Shown here: piece by piece, positions 59,173-64,000 of the stretch
Position numbering within the stretch: the stretch's first letter is position 1
How the letters are laid out: each line of letters begins with the position of its first letter
Source of the DNA: a bacterium
Lineage (GTDB): Bacteria; Hinthialibacterota; Hinthialibacteria; Hinthialibacterales; Hinthialibacteraceae
Assembly: GCA_963663405.2 (NCBI GenBank)
Contig: CAXXSM010000130.1
Coordinates: 32,001-96,000, forward strand
Length of the DNA stretch: 64,000 nucleotides
Direction: 5' to 3'
The notes under the pieces: generated by a model
What the model saw: only the letters and a program-made list of their open reading frames with translations
Told to the model about the DNA's origin: nothing
Databases searched by the model: none
Program-made: the position numbers and the translations under genes

Positions 59173-59553
59173 TCAAGATTGAACTTTCTTGGTCTTCCTT
59201 GAAGGGGAAAGATGCGCTAAGGGGACAAATTCAATCTGGATTTTCTGGTTCATGGCGGTGGCGATTTTTCGTAGCATGGAAAATGAATGTCCCTCGTAAT
59301 CCGCTGATTCCAAACGGGATATGACCGATGGTGTGGTTCTTATCCGTTCCGTCAGTTCTTTTTGGATTAAACCAACCTCTTTTTGCAAATCATAGATCAT
59401 TCGAGCGACTTCGGCGTTTTCACGCTCTTCCTGCAGGCTTTCCAGACGTTCCGGTCTTCCTTCGTAATATCGCCGGTATAGTATTTCCAGGCTGTTATTG
59501 GTTTTTGTGTGTTTATTCATAGTTTCCATAGTAAACACATTCAATGAATTCAT
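59173..59553 (-). CDS. XRE-family HTH protein (antitoxin-like, no adjacent toxin on its strand)
   Basis: TTPSVISRLESADYEGHSFSMLRKIA. Confidence 0.75.
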   Translation of the reverse strand: MNSLNVFTMETMNKHTKTNNSLEILYRRYYEGRPERLESLQEERENAEVARMIYDLQKEVGLIQKELTERIRTTPSVISRLESADYEGHSFSMLRKIATAMNQKIQIEFVPLAHLSPSRKTKKVQS

Positions 59554-60533
59554 GAAGAACTCAAATCGTCATTATTCTCCGCCAAAGCCGTCTCCTCTGG
59601 TATCCCTGTCAGTGTTTTCGCGCAGATGGTTAGGGTGATCAATCCAACGCCTACAGCGAACCAGAGAGTGCAGAGGCGGACCAGGAAGGTGGCGGAGGCG
59701 GCGGCGCTTTGGGGGATGGCGTATTGTTGGATCAGGAGGAATCCCATCGCGCCTTCGGTGGGTCCGACCCCACCTGGAGTCATAAGCAGCGCGCCCACGA
59801 TTGTGGCGAACGCGTAGATGAACGAAGCGGTTACAAGCGGCAATGGCGTTCCAAATCCCCATAATACAAGGTAAAACGCTATACATTCCATGAACCAGGA
59901 AACCAGACTGATCAACACCGCCCACAAGAGGGGCTTGAAAGCGATTAACTGATAGGCGCTTTCATAGGCGGTGCGGAGCGAATGCGCTTTGGCGCCGATC
60001 GCGGGGAATCCTTCCAGCCACTGGATGACTCTTTCCACGCCGGTTTTCCATGAGACGAAAATAAGGGTGAAAAGAATGATTCCGACGCTGATGGAGAAGA
60101 TCGTCAAGCCGTTGGGGAGGCTCATCACGCCCAGCAGCGCGATGATTAAAAACGCGATGAAATCAGTAAAACGTTCGGCCAGGACGACGGGGGCGGATTT
60201 GCTGATTGGAACGTTCGTCATCCCTTTCAGCAGATAGGATTTATAGACTTCTCCAAACTTGCCGGGCGTCGCCGACATGACGAGTCCGGCCAGAAAAATC
60301 TGAAACGATCGTTTCCAGTCCAATGGTATCTTGAGAATGCCAAGATAGTAATGCCACTTTGTGAACCGGATTATATAATTGCTGAACGCGAAGGCCAGAC
60401 AGAGTGGAATGAGTTCCCAGTGGAACTGAGAAAACGTGGTCAGGATCTGTTCCCAACCGGCCCAGATCGAGCAGAGTAAATAGAAAACCGCCGTTACTGC
60501 GATTGTGAATAGGAGTTTTTTCTTAAAGTTCAT
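59550..60533 (-). CDS. Lysylphosphatidylglycerol synthase TM / UPF0104 flippase-like membrane protein
   Basis: RFTKW, TPGKFGE, ERFTD, TPGGVGPTEG; multiple TM helices. Confidence 0.88.
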   Translation of the reverse strand: MNFKKKLLFTIAVTAVFYLLCSIWAGWEQILTTFSQFHWELIPLCLAFAFSNYIIRFTKWHYYLGILKIPLDWKRSFQIFLAGLVMSATPGKFGEVYKSYLLKGMTNVPISKSAPVVLAERFTDFIAFLIIALLGVMSLPNGLTIFSISVGIILFTLIFVSWKTGVERVIQWLEGFPAIGAKAHSLRTAYESAYQLIAFKPLLWAVLISLVSWFMECIAFYLVLWGFGTPLPLVTASFIYAFATIVGALLMTPGGVGPTEGAMGFLLIQQYAIPQSAAASATFLVRLCTLWFAVGVGLITLTICAKTLTGIPEETALAENNDDLSSS

Positions 60534-60548
60534 GAGGGCTCCAGGGGA

Positions 60549-61367
60549 TTAGATGTACCACCAAATCAATAGCAAGCCAAGGGGGATCAGGTAGACGCTG
60601 AAGTAGTGCAGGCGCCGTTTTTGGATCAGCCAGACCAACAGCCATAAAAAGACCACTCCAGAAACGAGAGAAGCGAAGAATCCAACCAGGGCCTGCGCCG
60701 GTGTCACGTTAAGAGAAGCGTGGGGCAGTTGATAGACCATCGCCGCCGCGATCGCAGGGATCGAGATTAAAAACGAGTATTCCACCGCGATCGTACGCGA
60801 GACGCAGAGGAGCAATGCGATACCCACCGTCGTTCCGGAACGGGAGATCCCCGGTAGAACGGCGATTCCTTGCGCCAATCCCATGATGGACGCGAACAGC
60901 CATAGATTCATGGGCAGTGAATTATAGTCCTCAGTGTTGGGAGCGCTCCGGAATCGGGTGGAGAAGAGAAAGAGCCCCATGAAAAAAAACGCGCAACCGA
61001 TCGCCAGCAGACTTTCCCGCATATAGGTTTCCGCCAGGGGCCGCAGCGTCAGGGCGATGCAACATGTGATCGCGAAACTGAGTCCGATCGCGAGGAGCAA
61101 TTGGCGCTGGATTTGAAGCTCCGGCGACTTTGGTCCAGCCTGAAACCAGGAAACGAAAGCGCGGCAGAGTAGAAACAGGCGTGTCCGGAAATATAAACAG
61201 ACCGCCAGGAGAGTCGCGATATGAAGAAGGACGTCGAAAAATAAAAAACTTCGCGCGTCCAAATCGAGCCACGTTTCCGCCAAGACCAGATGGCCGGAAC
61301 TCGAGATAGGAAGAAATTCGGTTAAACCTTGTAAGACTCCGAGGAACAACGCATCGAGGACGTTCAT
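60549..61367 (-). CDS. uppP: Undecaprenyl-diphosphate phosphatase
   Basis: QGLTEFLPISSSGHL, PGISRSGTT. Confidence 0.96.
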   Translation of the reverse strand: MNVLDALFLGVLQGLTEFLPISSSGHLVLAETWLDLDARSFLFFDVLLHIATLLAVCLYFRTRLFLLCRAFVSWFQAGPKSPELQIQRQLLLAIGLSFAITCCIALTLRPLAETYMRESLLAIGCAFFFMGLFLFSTRFRSAPNTEDYNSLPMNLWLFASIMGLAQGIAVLPGISRSGTTVGIALLLCVSRTIAVEYSFLISIPAIAAAMVYQLPHASLNVTPAQALVGFFASLVSGVVFLWLLVWLIQKRRLHYFSVYLIPLGLLLIWWYI

Positions 61368-61529
61368 CTATTTCTTTCGTTCGATAGTTGATATCGAAAT
61401 TTGGATTCGTTAAGTACCTGGGCGCGCATGTATTGGTTTTAGTATATTATTATAATACACCATTATTGTTTGAGCGCCTTTTGAATTAATTGGAGAATTC
61501 GGCGTATCGTGGGGATCGGGGTAAGGTTA

Positions 61530-61871
61530 TTATGATTCAAACGCATCTAGGGCCTCTTGTTCTGTATCAAACACATGAATGATGGAATAAAACATGGCGG
61601 TTTTCAGCACTCGATGCGCGCCGACGGAGAGCCCATAAAATCCAATTTTTCCCTTAATGGATGTTAAAACCCGGATAGGAGTTAAGAGCTGGGCTTGATG
61701 CGCGCTTGAGATATGGACAACGTCAGCGCAATTCAGTAGAATTTTCAACGATCCTTGTTGACGCACTTCTTGAATTCTTTCTTTCAGCGCGATTGTTCCC
61801 TTTTCATCCATTTGCCCGCTCAAATCGAGGATTGTTATGTTCCCAATCGTTCGTGCTTCAATTACCAGCAT
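61530..61871 (-). CDS. STAS-domain protein (anti-sigma antagonist-like)
   Basis: ITILDLSGQMD, LLNCADVVHISS, VFDTEQEAL. Confidence 0.85.
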   Translation of the reverse strand: MLVIEARTIGNITILDLSGQMDEKGTIALKERIQEVRQQGSLKILLNCADVVHISSAHQAQLLTPIRVLTSIKGKIGFYGLSVGAHRVLKTAMFYSIIHVFDTEQEALDAFES

Positions 61872-61886
61872 CGTTCATCCTTTTAT

Positions 61887-62049
61887 ATGAAAATGAGTTT
61901 CTAAGACTTTCAAGAATGTAGGGTGAGTCGCGTCTTTATGACCTACCGTTTTCGTGAATCATTCCCGGTGGGTCAATAAAGCGTGATCTACCCTACTGCT
62001 ACTTCGACTCATTTTCATTTGTTCATTGTGATCTCAATCATGATGGTTT
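61887..62049. repeat. Hairpin element, family H copy 4, with a nested GTAG-type REP doublet (61918-61996)
   Basis: atgaaaatgagt...[gtagggtgagtcgcg...gcgtgatctaccctac]...actcattttcat...tgtgatctcaatcatgatggttt. Confidence 0.8.
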
Positions 62050-62070
62050 TTGTGTTGTATTCAATTCATC

Positions 62071-62418
62071 TTAGCGTTCGGGATCAAGGAAAGTAATCGC
62101 CTCCGGTATGGTTTTGAACACGTTGAGATATTTATACCACGAAACTCGCCGAATCAGTTGGAGTACATTTTCCGGAAATTCAGCGAGAGTAATTTTCCCC
62201 TCCATTGTACGGAAAATCCGTATCGCTCCAGCGGGGATTTCTAGATTGTGAGAAGTGATTCGCTCAATCTCCTTACCAACCAGCACAAGTTTTTGACACC
62301 CCTGCTGCCGGAGCGTTGAAATCGTCCGCCGGAGAGCGTCTAATGTATCATCGTTTAGATCATTGGGAAACGCGAGCAGATCGATTTCCCCCTGATTCGA
62401 ATATTTTAATTCTCCCAT
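62071..62418 (-). CDS. STAS-domain protein (divergent)
   Basis: Similar size and fold pattern to the 61530 gene; LNVFKTIPEAI. Confidence 0.7.
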   Translation of the reverse strand: MGELKYSNQGEIDLLAFPNDLNDDTLDALRRTISTLRQQGCQKLVLVGKEIERITSHNLEIPAGAIRIFRTMEGKITLAEFPENVLQLIRRVSWYKYLNVFKTIPEAITFLDPER

Positions 62419-62891
62419 CCAGTGGCCGTCTTTCTTGAATTGCGCTATCCTACTTAAAGACGGGGCGTTTAACCGCTTCTCGTAGAACGTTACTATACAT
62501 AGGATAACTCAATAATCGCTAATCGTTTATGGGATTCCATTTCGTATTCTGTTTTTAATCGTTTTCTAACCGCCTTATCTTGCATGGTTTACTGACGGGC
62601 TTTCGCTGGAAACGGGACAGGAAACCGAATACAATAGAGACAAACGATGGAATTAGAAATCACTTATACGGATCCAAAAACGCGCCTGTTTGCGCCTATT
62701 TTTATTATATTGTGCCGTATTTATTTCATGAATCAATTGCTGGAAAGAGACTGTGTGGAGCGAATACTGTTTTTTCTACGCCGAAATCAGGGCAGGCGGG
62801 TTTGATTCTCTGGTAATTCCCGGTCTCTTTGGGTAGAATGCGAAAGGGGATGTAACAATTGGAAAGTCATCAGATAGAAAAGGAGCGTTTC

Positions 62892-63650
62892 ATGTACGTT
62901 TTCTCTCGTTTTTGTCATCAGAAAATCAGTGGAATTCTGGTTCTGGGAATGGTGATCTTATTCGCTGGGGGATGCGCCACGTCCTCGTACGATAAAGTAT
63001 CGATTAAAGGCCCTTACATTCAGGAGAATCTCGCGGCGGGCGCGAGCGCTGGAACGGTCGATGGTGGCGAGTTTACGGCGGAAGGCTGGAAACCCGGTCC
63101 CAACGGAACCCTGACTTACGATCTGCCCGGTATGTCGCAGGGCGTTGTAGAATGTGAATTACGCGGTTTAAGCCGGACGGAACGATCCACTGTTTTATTC
63201 ACTTTATACGAACCGGGGGAATGGTCCTATGCGGATCCTTATATCCTTCACAATCCGTACCGGGTCACCGTCACCTTAAAGAATTACCACGAAGCGCCGC
63301 GCGCGCCGTTTGAAACCCTATGGACCATCAAGCATTTCTCCGCGACCACGGAGCCGGAAGACCGGTACGTCGAAGGTATTCCCGAAGATGGTCAAGGATT
63401 CGAAGATACCGCGTTATCCAGCAACGCGCCGATTTTTCCGGATATGACCTATACCTTACGCTTGGAATGGAAGCATGGAATCACCACACTATCGTTGAAT
63501 GGTCAAGTTTTATCCCGTCAAGTTTATCGGCCGTTGCTATTCAATCCAAGTTCGCTCCGGCTGGTTCTTGGACGAAGTCCGGGAATGGAGCCATTCAGTC
63601 AATCCAATCTAGTGTTTTCATCCGCAAAGGTCGCGTTTCCCGGTTCGTAA
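62892..63650 (+). CDS. Hypothetical lipoprotein
   Basis: Hydrophobic stretch ending LFAGGC (lipobox-like); ATG after aaggag. Confidence 0.65.
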   Translation: MYVFSRFCHQKISGILVLGMVILFAGGCATSSYDKVSIKGPYIQENLAAGASAGTVDGGEFTAEGWKPGPNGTLTYDLPGMSQGVVECELRGLSRTERSTVLFTLYEPGEWSYADPYILHNPYRVTVTLKNYHEAPRAPFETLWTIKHFSATTEPEDRYVEGIPEDGQGFEDTALSSNAPIFPDMTYTLRLEWKHGITTLSLNGQVLSRQVYRPLLFNPSSLRLVLGRSPGMEPFSQSNLVFSSAKVAFPGS

Positions 63651-63831
63651 CCTGAGCGAATCGGTTTGGTATTTATAAAGACACAACGATCTAACCGGAT
63701 ACACTTATTTTTCCCAACATCGATACGGAAAGAACTCTTTCCCAGCGAAAAACGGCGGAATCCGCCTTGCGGCGGAGTTGACGCCGACGTATCATCGATA
63801 GATCACCGATTGATACGGGAAGGAAGGTATC

Positions 63832-64000
63832 GTGCTGGAAAAAATCTTTCATTTGTCCGAGAATGGGACGACTGTCCGCCGAGAAATCATCGGCGGGATG
63901 ACCACATTTCTAACGCTATCCTACATCATTTTCGTCCAGCCGGCCCTATTGTCAGATCCTCATGGCGCGGGGATGGATTTTGGGGCTGTGATGACGGCGA
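63832..64000 (+). CDS. NCS2/AzgA-family nucleobase permease, 5' part (runs off the window end)
   Basis: Manual translation MLEKIFHLSENGTTVRREIIGGMTTFLTLSYIIFVQPALLS...AGMDFGAVMTA. Confidence 0.88.
   Translation, partial: MLEKIFHLSENGTTVRREIIGGMTTFLTLSYIIFVQPALLSDPHGAGMDFGAVMTA

Noticed and set aside
63651-63831. Purine riboswitch upstream of the NCS2 permease
   Set aside because: The UAUAAU...AUGG...GUUUCUACC...CCGUAAA core is not present; only a small GC hairpin is visible.

Overview
Bacterial genomic window. The lineage is not determined; the C-terminal W motifs on secreted proteins suggest a Hinthialibacterota/OLB16-like candidate phylum, which is only a guess. Bases 1-13.7 kb are housekeeping genes on the minus strand: ylxM-ffh-rpsP-khpA-rimM-trmD, a LamG protein, rsmD-coaD-rpmF-plsX-fabH-fabD-fabG-acpP-fabF and aroF. 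Bases 14-27.5 kb are accessory: a frameshifted ABC/AAA ATPase plus DUF3226-like pair, hydrolases, a beta-carbonic anhydrase, GT2 and GH38-like genes, and several families of short palindromic repeats. Bases 28-43.1 kb hold five tandem, mosaic, paralogous secreted proteins built from propeller-like modules, Pro/Thr linkers and a conserved C-terminal repeat domain. Bases 44.8-58.3 kb form an AT-rich island and are the most striking part. A cassette is repeated four times: a long conserved leader, a c-di-GMP-II-like riboswitch whose ligand-pocket strand looks atypical, and a stand-alone secreted thioester-domain-like (TED/TQXA) protein. In three of the four copies a convergent secreted LRR protein follows. 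In copy 3 both the TED and LRR genes are decayed and an IS remnant is present. The window ends with higBA, an XRE protein, a flippase-like gene, uppP, two STAS proteins, a lipoprotein and the start of an NCS2 permease. All calls come from reading the sequence by eye; no searches were run.
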